64,000 bases of DNA from Octopus sinensis (Eukaryota): NCBI RefSeq assembly GCF_006345805.1, contig NC_043008.1, positions 19,344,001 through 19,408,000 on the forward strand. Direction: 5' to 3'. This document shows positions 1 to 12,628 of this stretch, one piece after another (the first letter of the stretch is position 1; each line of letters opens with the position of its first letter). The position numbers and the translations under genes are program-made. The notes under the pieces were generated by a model. The model saw only the letters and a program-made list of their open reading frames with translations, searched no databases and was not told the DNA's origin.

Positions 1-187
1 TGTGTGAGCATAAGTAGTATAGCAGTAACTAATGTATATGATGTGAGTCTTAAAGTAACATGTAGCTGATTAGTAATGTATACAAATTGGAAGCAGGTTG
101 TAATATATGACTAATAATGAGGTAAATTCAAGTTGGTTTTGTTTATTGTTTTACTGAGTAAAACGTGGCAACCGCGTGTATAGGTGA

Positions 188-290
188 GTGTACATACATG
201 AACACCTCATATATATGTGTGTATCTGTATATACACATATCTGTGTGTGTGTATATATATACACACACACACATTATACATACATACACT

Positions 291-321
<31 letters not shown>

Positions 322-630
322 TTATATATATATGCATATATATACACACACACACACATATATATATATATGCATATATATACACACACACACATATATA
401 TATATACACACACACACATTATACATACATACACTTATATATATATATATATACATATATATATTTATATATATATGCATATATATACACACACATATAT
501 ATATGCACACACATACATATACATACATATATATATACATATATATATACACACACACACACGCATATATATATATATACACACACACACATACATGTAT
601 ATGCACATATATATATACACACACACACAC
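188..630. repeat. Compound (TA)n/(CA)n microsatellite
   Basis: Directly visible; source of the spurious YIYI/HTHT ORFs. Confidence 0.97.
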
Positions 631-639
631 ACCTACTCA

Positions 640-1065
640 TTTTTTTTTTACTTATTTTGAACATTGGAGAGTGGTCGTGCTGGAGCACCACCTCGAAGGG
701 TTTGGTTGAGCAAATCACTTCCAGTTTGTACTCTTTTTATTTTATTTTTTTTTTTTTGATGCCTAGTACTTGTTCTATTGGACACTTTTGCCGAACTGCT
801 AAGTTATATGGATGTAAACAAGTAACCAACACTGTCAGACAAACACACATACACACACCCACACACACACTCACTCTCACACACGCACATATCATGGGCT
901 CCTACACAGTTTTCGTCTACCGATTCTAATCGCAAGGCTTCTGGCAGCCTGGGGCTACAGCAGAAGACACCCCCATCCCCGAGGGCACTATTTAGTGCAA
1001 ATGAAACCCCCCTCCCCCGAACCACGTGGCTGGCAAACAAAGGTTTTTACCTCACAGTCACACCC
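640..1065 (-). mobile_element. Diverged tRNA-headed SINE, family A
   Basis: Degenerate match to family A segments (tgctggagcacc; cttttgccgaactgctaag; gtctacc...caaggct; gaaccacgtggctgg). Confidence 0.6.
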
Positions 1066-1496
1066 AAAATATTCAGTGTTGCTTATAACTAGATCTTAGC
1101 CATTAATTTCTACATGCACCGTGTCCCCCTGTCCCCATACCATCTCCCCCTTTCTTGGTTTGCATGGCTGAGCAAGTTCCCTTTGTTTCTACAAATGTAA
1201 TTTTCACATTCGTATAAGACTTGGGACATGTTATATAACAACTACAACAAACAGCTCTAAGTACCTCCCGGTATTGTTAATGATTCTATCTTATTATTAT
1301 TATTATTATTATTATAATTTTATTTTTTAATTATTATTTTCTCTCTTTTTTTTTGTTTTTGTTGTTGATGTAACTCTACGAAATGCCAAATATGATAACA
1401 TTCTTAGATTTAAAATCCAAAACAATTTAATTAGTTGTAACAGTTATCTGGGCCATTTTATACTCCTTCCTTGTCCCACTCCTAGCTCTCTCTCCC

Positions 1497-1534
<38 letters not shown>

Positions 1535-1987
1535 TACCCTCACTCCGTATCCCTGTTTCTCTCTCTTTCTACAACCCTCTCCTTCCCTCCCTCCCTGTCT
1601 GCCTCTGCTTCTCCCCACTCCTCTTGCTTTTCATCACTCTGAAACTATACACCTCATAAAAGCCACATGACGAGCTAATTTCTGACAGTTTGTAAATTGT
1701 GTTGCTAAGGCAAGAAGAGTCAGCAAGCAAAGGGTATTTGTGTGAGAAAGTTTTCCCTCATTGTAGTAGTTGTCTTGTGGAACAAATAGAAAAACCGAAA
1801 GCTTAGCAGGAAGGAGAAGAAACAATATGGGTAAGAGAGATTTTTCAGTTTACTTGGAAACATATTTATAAGATATGCGGAAAAAAAATGTAGCACATAA
1901 ATATATATATATGTGTGTGTGAGTATATATATATTTATATTTGTGTGTGTGTGTGAGTATATATATACATACATATATATGTGTGTG

Positions 1988-2042
<55 letters not shown>

Positions 2043-2152
2043 TACACACATCACACATATAACTATATAAATATAAATGTATATATGTAATTATATATAT
2101 ATTTTCTGTACAGATCATCGCAGAAAACGCATGTGCTCCTTTGTTTATCATC

Positions 2153-2221
<69 letters not shown>

Positions 2222-2616
2222 ATATTATACACACACACACACACATATATCATCATCATCATCATCATTTAGCGTCCGTTTTCCATGCTAGCATGGGTTA
2301 TAAAATATAATTAAGATTCAGGTGAATTAGATGCTTAAATTGAAGCACCTTGTTAGGTCAGAGTAACACATGCCCATTCATACAGTATTGAGTATGAAAC
2401 TCTATGCGGAAGTGTTTGTACTTGATATTTCTTGCAGTGATAACACGACTCAACTTTGCGAAGAGATTTGCCCTTGGCTGTTCAGACATACTTTATATAA
2501 AAATTCTTTGTCTGATATTTCAGAAGGCCAGATTCCAGGGTACAGGAATACAATGCAATAAAATATAAATGAGACACCTGTACATCATAGTTACTCATTT
2601 ATATATACATATACAT

Positions 2617-2651
<35 letters not shown>

Positions 2652-2668
2652 AATATATATATGTATAT

Positions 2669-2714
<46 letters not shown>

Positions 2715-2920
2715 TGCATGAGAAAATAGATGTATAATGCTGATTGTACACACACACACACACACGTGGCCCCTTACAAATGCATTATACCTGATGTTTG
2801 AAAGGTTGTTAGTTTATAATATTCTATCCGCCTCGTTTTAATATCTGCTTTTCTATACCTGCATGAGTCAGACAAGATTTATTGACGTAATTGGTCTGTG
2901 GGTCAGATGCATACATATAC

Positions 2921-2951
<31 letters not shown>

Positions 2952-3185
2952 ATATATTAAATTAGAGATAAAACCACTATTAGGCAAATCAAAGTGAAAA
3001 ACATAAACCAAAACATAGAAATAAATTTAATATATATATATATTTATACTGTAAAATTAGATTTAATCCTAAATCTAATTTTTCCCTGTAAGTTTGGATT
3101 TACTACCTAATATTTTATTATATATATATGTATACATATATGTGCACTTGCATCCATACATATGTAATACATACACATACATGTT

Positions 3186-3216
<31 letters not shown>

Positions 3217-3225
3217 GTGCATATA

Positions 3226-3271
<46 letters not shown>

Positions 3272-3275
3272 ATAA

Positions 3276-3306
<31 letters not shown>

Positions 3307-3442
3307 GTGTGTATATATATATTTATATATATACAACACTCTGCCCAATCCAGGAATTGAACTCACAACTTCAAAATTGTAAATTCAATGTTCTAAACAC
3401 TGAGCTATGTACCTTCCTCTCCTTGTTTCGTTCTCTGTGTTC

Positions 3443-3478
3443 CTTTCTGTGGAAGAGCATAGGCTCGAAACGTTAAAG
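3443..3478 (+). ncRNA. Minimal type I hammerhead motif, family alpha, non-canonical CUGUGGA core
   Basis: cttt-CTGTGGA-A-GAGC(ATAG)GCTC-GAA-ACGT-T-aaag: stems I and II pair, palindromic stem III. Confidence 0.6.
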
Positions 3479-3566
3479 ACTTGTTCACTTCCCGAGCGTT
3501 ATACTATTACATCTGTTTGTTGTCTACACCACTTGTCTTCGTCATTTGTTTTTTTGTGAATTCTCC

Positions 3567-3613
<47 letters not shown>

Positions 3614-3952
3614 CGTTTTGGGATTTGGTTTGCAAGATTCTTTATATGAGTTCGTGTGTTGAAGCATATTCTGTTGTGTCTGGGGAGAGTCATTCTCTTT
3701 TAGTGCCTTATTATTTAACACACTCACCGGTAAAATTTCCACTTATTTCTTATTTTTATTTTCCTAAAATTTTCGTTGCGTCTTGCAACCTTTTCAATAG
3801 TCTTGACTATTCAAGAGTCAAGACTATTGAAAAGGTTACAAGACGCAACAAAAATTTTAGGAAAATAAAAATAAGAAATAAGTGGAAATTTTACCAGTGA
3901 GTGTGTTAAATAATAAGGCACTAAAAGAGAATGACTCTCCCCAGACACAACA

Positions 3953-3989
<37 letters not shown>

Positions 3990-4061
3990 TTAATTGTTAA
4001 GTAGGAGAGTAAACATTAAGGCAACACAAACATCTTAAGTTATTATAGGAAGAAATTAAAA

Positions 4062-4117
4062 ATCTTACAACTGTTTCTAGGATATCCCCGCGTATGGGAT
4101 ATTCTGTCATCAGAGAC
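4062..4117 (-). ncRNA. Type I hammerhead motif, family beta (mirror copy)
   Basis: Reverse complement of 4586-4641. Confidence 0.6.
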
Positions 4118-4302
4118 AAATAGGGAAAAAATAGGGAAAACAAGAATGGTATATATCGACAAGATGTCACAACACAAGAGGAAGGGGACAAAGAATAAGG
4201 GGACGAAAGAAAGAAGAAAAAAGAAGCGTGAAAGTTTTAACTTTCTGAAGCTATAGAAACTGGAGCAGGAGTCATTAGGTGCATCCTGCGTGTATGTATG
4301 TG

Positions 4303-4357
<55 letters not shown>

Positions 4358-4360
4358 ATA

Positions 4361-4409
<49 letters not shown>

Positions 4410-4585
4410 CATACACGCAGGATTGCACCTAATGACTCCTGCTCCAGTTTCTATAGCTTCAGAAGTTAAAACTTTCACGCTTCTTTTTTCTTCTTTCTTT
4501 CGTCCCCTTATTCTTTGTCCCCTTCCTCTTTGTTGACATCTTGTTGATATATACCATTCTTGTTTTCCCTATTTTTTCCCTATTT

Positions 4586-4641
4586 GTCTCTGATGACAGA
4601 ATATCCCATACGCGGGGATATCCTAGAAACAGTTGTAAGAT
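4586..4641 (+). ncRNA. Type I hammerhead motif, family beta
   Basis: gtct-CTGATGA-cagaATATCCC(atacgcg)GGGATATccta-GAA-ACAGTTGT-A-agat; canonical core, GUA triplet, base of stem II mispaired. Confidence 0.65.
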
Positions 4642-5214
4642 TTTTAATTCTTCTATAATAACTTAAGATGTTTGTGTTGCCTTAATGTTTACTCTCTACT
4701 TAACAATTAATTATATATATATATATATATAATTATATATATTCTGTTGTGTCTGGGAAGAGTCATTCCTCTTTTAGTGCCTTATTATTTAACACACTCA
4801 CTGGTAAAATTCCACTTATTTCTTATTTTTATTTTCCTAAAATTTTGTTGCGTCTTGTAACCTTTTCAATAGTCTTGACTCTTGAATAGTCAAGACTATT
4901 GAAAAGGTTGCAAGACGCAACGAAAATTTTAGGAAAATAAAAATAAGAAATAAGTGGAAATTTTACCGGTGAGTGTGTTAAATAATAAGGCACTAAAAGA
5001 GAATGACTCTCCCCAGACACCACAGAATATGCTTCAACACACGAACTCATATAAAGAATCTTGCAAACCAAATCCCAAAACGAAATATATATATAATATA
5101 TATATTATATATATATATATATATAGGGAGAATCACAAAAAAACAAATGACGAAGACAAGTGGTTGTAGACAACAAACAGATGTAATAGTATAACGCTCG
5201 GGAAGTGAACAAGT

Positions 5215-5250
5215 CTTTAACGTTTCGAGCCTATGCTCTTCCACAGAAAG
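5215..5250 (-). ncRNA. Hammerhead motif, family alpha (mirror of 3443-3478)
   Basis: Exact reverse complement of the 3443 motif. Confidence 0.6.
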
Positions 5251-5276
5251 GAACACAGAGAACGAAACAAGGAGAG

Positions 5277-5570
5277 GAAGGTACATAGCTCAGTGTTTAG
5301 AACATTGAATTTACAATTTTGAAGTTGTGAGTTCAATTCCTGAATTGGGCAGAGTGTTGTGTTCATGAGCAATATACTTCATTTCACTTTGCTCCAGTTC
5401 ACCCAGCTTTAGCAATGAGTTGCTATGTCACAAGTACCAAGCTATATCAGCGTTTGCCTTTCCCTTGGGCGACATCGGTGGCATAGAGAGTGGAGACTGG
5501 TATACATGGGTGACTGCTGGTCTTCCACAAAAACATCCTTCTCCAGGACTTGTGCCTTGGAGGGGAACTT
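5277..5570 (+). mobile_element. tRNA-headed SINE, family C-like variant
   Basis: A-box (tagctcagtg), B-box (gagttcaattcc), shared core catgagcaa...atttcac...gctccagt. Confidence 0.7.
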
Positions 5571-5924
5571 TTTAGGTGAAATCCTATGGTCTACCCTTTA
5601 TATATATATATATATATATATAAATAAAAACTTACTTGGAGAAGAGAAAACAACGCGTGCGTTTGGTCATATAATAACAATATAATGAATAAAACATATG
5701 CACATATACATACATATATGTACATACTTACATCTATATGTATATATACATGCATATATGAGTACAGGACACCACAAATAAACGTAGAACACAAGAAACG
5801 AAAACATAAAATCAAACAAGGAAACGGACTTTTTTTAACAATGAAAAAACAGAGTACAGGACAAACAATACAAGGAAAATTCCCCTTCATCAGCTGCCCC
5901 TGGTTCGACTCAATGCCTATATAT

Positions 5925-6327
5925 AGGCTCAGGCATGGCTGTGGTAAGAAGTTTGCTTCTCAAGCACATGGTTCCGGGTTCAGTCCCACTGCATGGCACC
6001 TTGGGCTAAGTGTCTTCTATAGCCTTGACCAAAGCCTTTTGGGTGGATTTGGTAGACGGAAACTGAAAGAAGCCCGTCGTTTATATATATATAGATATAT
6101 GCATGTATATGTTTGTGTGTCTGTGTTTGTTCCCCCCCCCCAACATTGCTTGACAACCGATGCTGGTGTGTTTACATCCCCGTAACTTAGCTGTTCGACA
6201 AGAGAGACCGATAGAATAAGTACCAGGCTTACAAAGAATAAGTCCCGGAGTCGATTTGCTTGACTAAAGGTGGTGCTCCGGCATGGCCACAGTCAAATGA
6301 CTGAAGCAAGTAAAAGAGTAAAGAGTA
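5925..6327 (+). mobile_element. tRNA-headed SINE, family A
   Basis: A-box tggctgtggt, B-box ggttcagtcc, internal (AT/GT)n, tail cagtcaaatgactgaa(g)caagtaaaagagta; about 15 copies in window. Confidence 0.9.
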
Positions 6328-6335
6328 CACATGCA

Positions 6336-6570
6336 CGGGGTGTTCAAAAAGTCTCTCCACAGTATCGTATTGCAAAATAAATATTTATAAGATGGTATAA
6401 GACTACAAAAGAATATATTAGACTTTACAAGTCTTTAAAAAACTTTATAAGAGATGTTGAAAGCGTTGTCCTTTATTTTCAATACATACAGTTGACTCTT
6501 CTGCCCATGTTTTGAATGTACATGTGCAGGATGAAAAAGTTCACTGCGGAGAGACTTTCTGAACACCCTG
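6336..6570. mobile_element. Tc1/mariner-type MITE
   Basis: About 28-bp TIRs c(g/a)gggtgttca(a/g)aaagtctctcc(a/g)cagt; TA on right flank, CA on left. Confidence 0.75.
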
Positions 6571-6584
6571 TATATATGTATATA

Positions 6585-6753
6585 TACTCTTTTACTCTTT
6601 TACTTGTTTCAGTCATTTGACTGCGGCCATGCTGGAGCACTGCCTTTAATCGAGCAAATCGACCCCGGGACTTATTCTTTGTAAGCCCAGTACTTATTCT
6701 ATCGGTCTCTTTTGCTGAACCGCTAAGTGACAGGGACGTAAACACACCAGCAT
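6585..6753 (-). mobile_element. SINE family A, 3' half
   Basis: Matches tail and core of other A copies. Confidence 0.85.
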
Positions 6754-6934
6754 ATATATATATATATATCTGTTGTTTTTAGCCCGAAGCTAAAAACAAA
6801 AGTAACATCGTACCCGGGGCTGGGGGGGTCTGCCCCTTTTAGCTGGCAAATATATTTTATGATTCCATACTGTTACTGTTTACTTCTCGCTCAGAGATTT
6901 GATATAGCCTATATATATATATATATATATATAT

Positions 6935-7355
6935 CGCAGGCATGGCTGTGTGGTTAGGGAGCTTGCTTCCTAGCTACATGGTTTCGGGTTCAGTCCCACT
7001 GCGTGACACTTTGGGTAGGTGTCTTCCTCTATAGCCCCGAGCCAACCGAAGCTTTGTGATTGAATTCGGTAGGCGGGAGTTACTGCCGTGTGTGTATATG
7101 TGCGTATAGCTGCCCAGTGCCTCTCCGAAAGAGAGAGAGGGTATGTATATATTTGTATCTGTGTTTGTCCACTGTATTTGGCAACTGGTGTTGGTGTGTT
7201 TACATCCCAGTAACTTAGCAGTTCAGCAAAAGAGACCGATAGAATAAGTACTCGGCTTACACAGAGTAAAGTGCTGGGGTCGATTTGTTCATCTAAAACC
7301 ACCATAAGGTAGTGCTCCAGCATGGCCGCAGTCAAATGAGCAAAACTTGTAAAAA
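6935..7355 (+). mobile_element. SINE family A (diverged)
   Basis: Head, core and tail recognisable. Confidence 0.8.
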
Positions 7356-7549
7356 AAAAATAAATAAATAAAAAGAAGAAAAAAACGAGAGTAGCAGTGC
7401 AATGACTGACAAGTACTGCGCATTCAGTGATTTCGCCTTATGCACTGCAGTAAACAACTTATCAGCTTATGTAATATTCTACTATTTGTTTACTAAATAA
7501 ATATAAGATAAAAAAATTAAAAAATTGTCAACTTCTATTATATTCATTA

Positions 7550-7945
7550 GGCGTAGGAGTGGCTGTGTGGTAAGTAGCTTGCTAACCAGCCACACGGTTC
7601 CGGGTTCAGTCCCACTGCGTGGCATCTTGGGCAAGTGTCTTCTGCTATAGCCTCGGGCCGACCAAAAGCCTTGTGAGTGGATTTGGTAGACGGAAACTGA
7701 AATAAGCCTGTCGTATATATGTATATATATATGTATGTGTGTGTGTATGTTTGTGTTTGTCCCCCTAGCATTGCTTGACAACCGATGCTGGTGTGTTTAC
7801 GTCCCCGTCACTTAGCGGTTCGGCAAAAGAGCCCGACAGAATAAGTACTGGGCTTACAAAGAATATGTCCCGGGGTCGATTTGCTTGACTAAAAGGCGGT
7901 GCTCCAGCATGGCCGCAGTCAAATGACTGAAACAAGTAAAAGAGT
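7550..7945 (+). mobile_element. SINE family A, full length
   Basis: Close to the consensus of the copies in this window. Confidence 0.92.
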
Positions 7946-8342
7946 ATTATATGTATTGTTTCCAGTATAAATTAATATCATTAAGAAATATTACCGATCC
8001 CTGGAAAAAAAAGATTGCTGGTACGCCACACCAGATAGTTTGAGAAGCACTGCTGTACCTAAATGTCCTGTTGTAGTGTTATGTTATTCACAATGGTTTT
8101 GTAGTTTTGTGACATCAGAGGACTTGCTGAAAAATTGCAATTGTTCCTTTGTTCCTAACCTACAAACTCTAATATGTTTCTTCGTGTCATAAATAGTCAA
8201 GAAACACTTAACTGTTGTAGTCTCACTTTTCCTACTTCTGTACAAATAGGTACAACTGTCTGCTGCTGCTGCTGCTAGCAGCTGTTGCATTTCTTGTAAT
8301 TAACACGTGTTTATATTAGCTTTCAGCATTAAGTTCAGCTTT

Positions 8343-8640
8343 GTGGAGGCGCAATGCCCAGTGGTTAGGGCAGCGGACTTGCGGTCGGAGGATTGTGGTT
8401 TTGATTCCCAGACCGGGCGTTATGTGTGTTTATTGAGCGGAAACACCTAAAGCTCCACAAGCCTCCGGCAGGGAGGGGTGGCGACCCCTGTTGTACTCTT
8501 TCGCTCCAATTTTCTCTCTTTCTTCCTGTTTCTTGGGTAACGCTGCGATGGACTGGCGTCCCGTCCAGCTGGGGGGAGCACATGCCACAGAAACCGGGCC
8601 TATGAGCCTGGCTAGGCTTCAAAAGGGCGCATAAATAAAA
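8343..8640 (+). mobile_element. tRNA-headed SINE, family B
   Basis: gtggaggcgcaatg(g)cccagtggttaggg head with B-box; tail gaaaccgggcc(t/c)atgagcctggct; further copies near 22344, 24972, 31785, 40722, 57486, 60290. Confidence 0.88.
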
Positions 8641-8757
8641 TAAGTTCAGCTTTACTCTTGGTACTGAATCTGCAAAAGGAATCCTACCATTGTCCTCTTT
8701 GATAAATTTGATTTCTACATCATAAAAGAATATTTTTGTTTTCTAATATTAACAATG

Positions 8758-9185
8758 AGTTCATGGCTGTTTCCTGCACCAGTTTCGCATAGCCCCAGCC
8801 TATCCAAAGTACTTTGGATTGCAGAACGACCTGCTGTGCTTACCTTGGGTGACTTGCTGTGCTTGAGGAGACCTATTGGGTCAAGTACATCAACATCAAA
8901 ATAAATATCAAATGGAAATTTTAGTTGTGATACCTGTGCCGGTGGCATGTAAAAAGCACCATCAGGGCTGATGCCAGCGCAGCCTTGACTGGCTTCTGTG
9001 CTGGTGGCATGTAAAAAGCAACCACTACACTCACGGAGTGGTTGGCATTAGGAAGGGCATCCAGCTGTAGAAACACTGTCAGATCAGACTGGAGCCTGGT
9101 GCAGCCTCCTGGCTTCCCAGACCCCGGTCGAACTGCCCAACCCGTGCTAGCAATGAAAACGGACGTGAAACGATGATGAGGATGC
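8758..9185 (+). mobile_element. RTE-clade LINE 3' UTR or RTE-derived short element (family E) with (GAT)n tail
   Basis: First part matches the sequence directly downstream of the RTE ORF remnant at 37230-37345; ends catg(g)aaaacggacgt(g/t)aaacgatgatga. Confidence 0.75.
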
Positions 9186-9261
9186 TGATGATGATCTTGA
9201 TAATTAATGTTGATATGGTGGCTGTAATGTAAAAGTTAATAATGATAATCACTATCATCAT

Positions 9262-9445
9262 CATCATTGTCGTCGTTTAACGTCTGCTTTCCATGCTAGC
9301 ATTTTTTCAATGGTTTGGCTGAGCGTTGGCAAGCCAGAAGGCCACACCAGGCTCCAGTCCAATCTGGCAATGTTTCTACAGCTGGATGCCCTTCCTAACG
9401 CCAACCACTATGAGAGTGTAGTGGGTGCTTTTTACTTGCCAGTTG
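9262..9445 (-). mobile_element. Family E 3' end
   Basis: (ATC)n then tttaacgtctgctttccatgctagc; similar copies near 11350-11640, 13875-14010, 19200-19480, 28965-29110 (all -) and 32020-32235 (+). Confidence 0.8.
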
Positions 9446-9700
9446 TCTACAGGGGTCGATCTAACCAACTGGCTCCCCTCCCCCAAAATTTCAGGCCTTG
9501 TGCCTAGAGTAGAAAAGAATATTATTGCAGAGCATTTGGCCCCAACAGTCTGTCTAATAACTTGCTTAGTGGTTGACTAAATACACTGCAGTTTATTGAA
9601 TTGCCTGCATGAGTCAGTATGCGTGCATCCAACCAACAGGCCTTATTCAACATTGACCTTTTTGTTCCCATATTTCTGTTGAGATGTTCTGTGTTTCTTT

Positions 9701-9892
9701 TCTTTTACTTGTTTCAGTCATTTGACTGCGGCCATGCTGGAGCACTGCCTTTAGTCGAGCAAATCGACCCCGGGACTTATTCTTTGTAAGCCCAGTACTT
9801 ATTCTAATGAACTCTTTTGCCGAACCGCTAATTTACGAGGACATGAACACACCAACATCGGTTGTCAAGAGATGTTGGGGGGACAAACATAG

Positions 9893-9925
<33 letters not shown>

Positions 9926-10091
9926 CACGACAGGCTTCCTTCAGTTTCCGTCTACCAAATCCACTCACAAGGCTTTGATCAGCCCGGGGCTATAGCAGAA
10001 GACACTTGCCCAAAGTGCCACGCAGTGAGACTGAACCCGGATCCATGTGGTTGGTAAGCAAGCTACTTACCACACAGCCACTCCTATGCCT
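9701..10091 (-). mobile_element. SINE family A, full length
   Basis: Reverse complement of family A consensus. Confidence 0.9.
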
Positions 10092-11056
10092 GTGTTTTTT
10101 TTCAATTACATTAAATATAACAAAGAATTTAGTAAAATAACTTATCATTAAGCTAGTGTTAGGAACAAAAATTGCGACCAAGGTTTGGTGGAAGATTTTA
10201 ACAAGACGTTAGTACTACAGAAGTGGCTTCAGTTGGGTTGCTATTAAAAAGGTTAAACTGTCAAAATTTAGTCACTATTGGTAGCTATGACAACCAGGTG
10301 TACCTGCTGTTGCCATTCTTATGTAATATTTCAAAAGGGAAAATAAGCAACAATAATGGTTTTATATAATAAAAGAAAATGGAAGTGAAATCATTGTGTA
10401 CTTTCTTAATCTCATGAGAAAAATGAAACCTTTTCGAATACTTAATGTCTCGCTTTGGCTGGTGACTAAACATTTGTATGATGAAGAGGGGTCTGGTCTA
10501 TTTAACAGAGAATTATTTTCATTGATCCTTGAATGGATGAAAGCCGAAGACAACTGTGACACAATTTGATATGCAAATGTAGAAGCACAGAACTGAAAGA
10601 CATTTAGTCGAGTGTGTTAACAGTTCTTCTGCTTGGCTAGATTACTTTTGAAATGGTAATTAACTGATGTGTTTTGTATTTGTTTTAATTAAAGTGACGT
10701 TGATTACGCTTTCATAAGAGGTTCATTTGTTACAAAATATTTGTTTCTTTTTTAATAAGGAAATGTGGTTGGGCTGGAAGTTTTTTTGTTGATTAGTGTT
10801 ATCATCATCAACATTTAATGCCTGTTTTTCCAAGCTAGTGTGTTTATGTCCCTTGTGACTTAGTGGTTCGGCAAAAGAGACCAATGGAATAAGTACTAGG
10901 CTTACAAAGAATAAGTACTGTGATTGATTTGTTCAACTAAAAGGCAGTGCTCCAGCATGGCTGCTGTCAAATGACTGAAACAAGTAAAAGAATAAAAAAA
11001 GTCACTTTTCTGTGCTTATATGGGTCAGGCAGATTTTTCTGTTTTCTCTCCTCGTT

Positions 11057-11094
11057 CCTTTCTGACGAAGAGCATAGGCTCGAAATGTCAGGGA
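11057..11094 (+). ncRNA. Minimal type I hammerhead ribozyme, family alpha, canonical core
   Basis: cttt-CTGACGA-A-GAGC(ATAG)GCTC-GAA-ATGT-C-aggg; CUGANGA and GAAA intact, GUC triplet. Confidence 0.75.
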
Positions 11095-12628
11095 CTCTTT
11101 CATTTTTCCTGAGCATCAAACTAATACACCCTGTTTTTTCTTCCCTGGATCAGATTTTCCTATGGCTGGATATCCTTTCTGTTGCCATCCCTTATCTGTT
11201 TCCAAGCATAGTTAATATTCACCATTATCAGACATGTCTTCATGTCAGACTGGAAGCAAACAACACTGCTTATATAACAGTGATGCTTGTTTACGACCAT
11301 TGCATAATGTCAATGTTAGGGTACATACAAACACATGCACATATATATATCATCATCATCGTTTAACGTCCGCTTTCCATGCTAGCGTGGGTTGGACGAT
11401 TTGACTGAGGACTGGCGAACCAGATGGCTGCACCAGGCTCCAATCTGATCTGGTGAAGTTTCTACAGCTGGATCCCCTTCCTAACACCAACCTTCCCGAG
11501 TGTGTAGTGGGTGCTTTTACATGCCACCGGCATGAGGGCCAGTCAGGCGGGACTGGCAATAGCCACGCTCAAATGGTGTTTTTTTTATGTGCCACCTGCA
11601 CAGGAGCCAGTCGAGCGGCACTGGTAATGACCTCGCTCGAATGTTTTTTCAAGCTTCTTTCACTTTCTGTCTACCGAATCCACTCACAAGGCTTTGGTCA
11701 GCCCAGAGTTAGAGTAGAAAACACTTGCCCATGCTGCCACACAGTGGGTTTGAACCCAAGACTACATGCTTAAGAAGCAAGCTTCTTAACCACATAGCCA
11801 CACCCTAGGGAATTTAAACAGCTTCATGATCTCCATTTGCCGGGACCTTAACGTTTGCTCTTTGATGTTTGCTGCTGAATTGAGATTTAAAGCTTCTGTT
11901 ATGCATTAGTGTCTGAACATAGGTATAGTCATACTTCACAACAGTGTGGTTTCAGGTTCAGTTCCATGTTATGGTACTTGGGGATAGTGTATTCTACCAT
12001 AGCCCTGCATTGACCAATGCCATGGGGCTAAATTTGGTAAATGGAAACTTTGTGTGTGTGTGTGTGAAAGGTTTCCCCTCTTCACATACATTATTAGTGC
12101 CCTTTCTACTCTGTGTGTAATAGTTTGTCCCCCTCGCTGCTTTTTACAACCAGTGCTGGTTTGTTTACATCCCTATAACCTAGTGATTCAGCAAGAAGAG
12201 ACTGATAAAATACAAGACTTGAAATAAATGCTGGGGTTGATTTGTTTGACTAAAATCTTCAAGGTGGTGAGTGCTCCAGCATGGCTACAGTTCAGTGATT
12301 GAAACAACTAAAAGAATAGAAGAATAAACAGAATCACTCTTCCATGGAGATTATATAAACGTAGGGAAAAAATGTTACTGAATGGGGAGATTACAAACAA
12401 GATATACTATAAAGTAGGTTTGTACCTCTAGAATATTCTCCTACCAAGGAATATACCATAACTGCACAAAACCCAAATGGATCAGCAGCATGTGAATTTA
12501 AATAATGTTAATTTTATCTTTGTCTTTTGTTTGTATTATGATTAGAATTTATTCTGCATGTGTTGGTGCCATATAAAAAGCACCCATGCTGGTGCCATTT
12601 GAAAAGCACCCATGCCATTAATTCATTC

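Larger units (their letters stand above)
3334..5360. repeat. About 2-kb inverted duplication centred on an (AT)n tract near 4300-4400, with nested palindromes in each arm
   Basis: 3334-4300 is the reverse complement of 4405-5360; internal palindromes centred near 3812 and 4882. Confidence 0.95.

Noticed and set aside
1827-1836. ATGG|gtaaga as a first coding exon after a CT-rich region
   Set aside because: Phase-compatible with the downstream exons, but four coding bases cannot be supported from sequence alone
5870-5915. CTGATGA core on the - strand
   Set aside because: No GAAA or stem III at a workable position
8018-8057. hAT-like terminus (gtttgagaagcactg)
   Set aside because: Single end with no partner TIR or 8-bp TSD found
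8084-8290. 68-aa ORF with a poly-Ala run
   Set aside because: The Ala run is a short (CTG)n; no splice support or homology recognised
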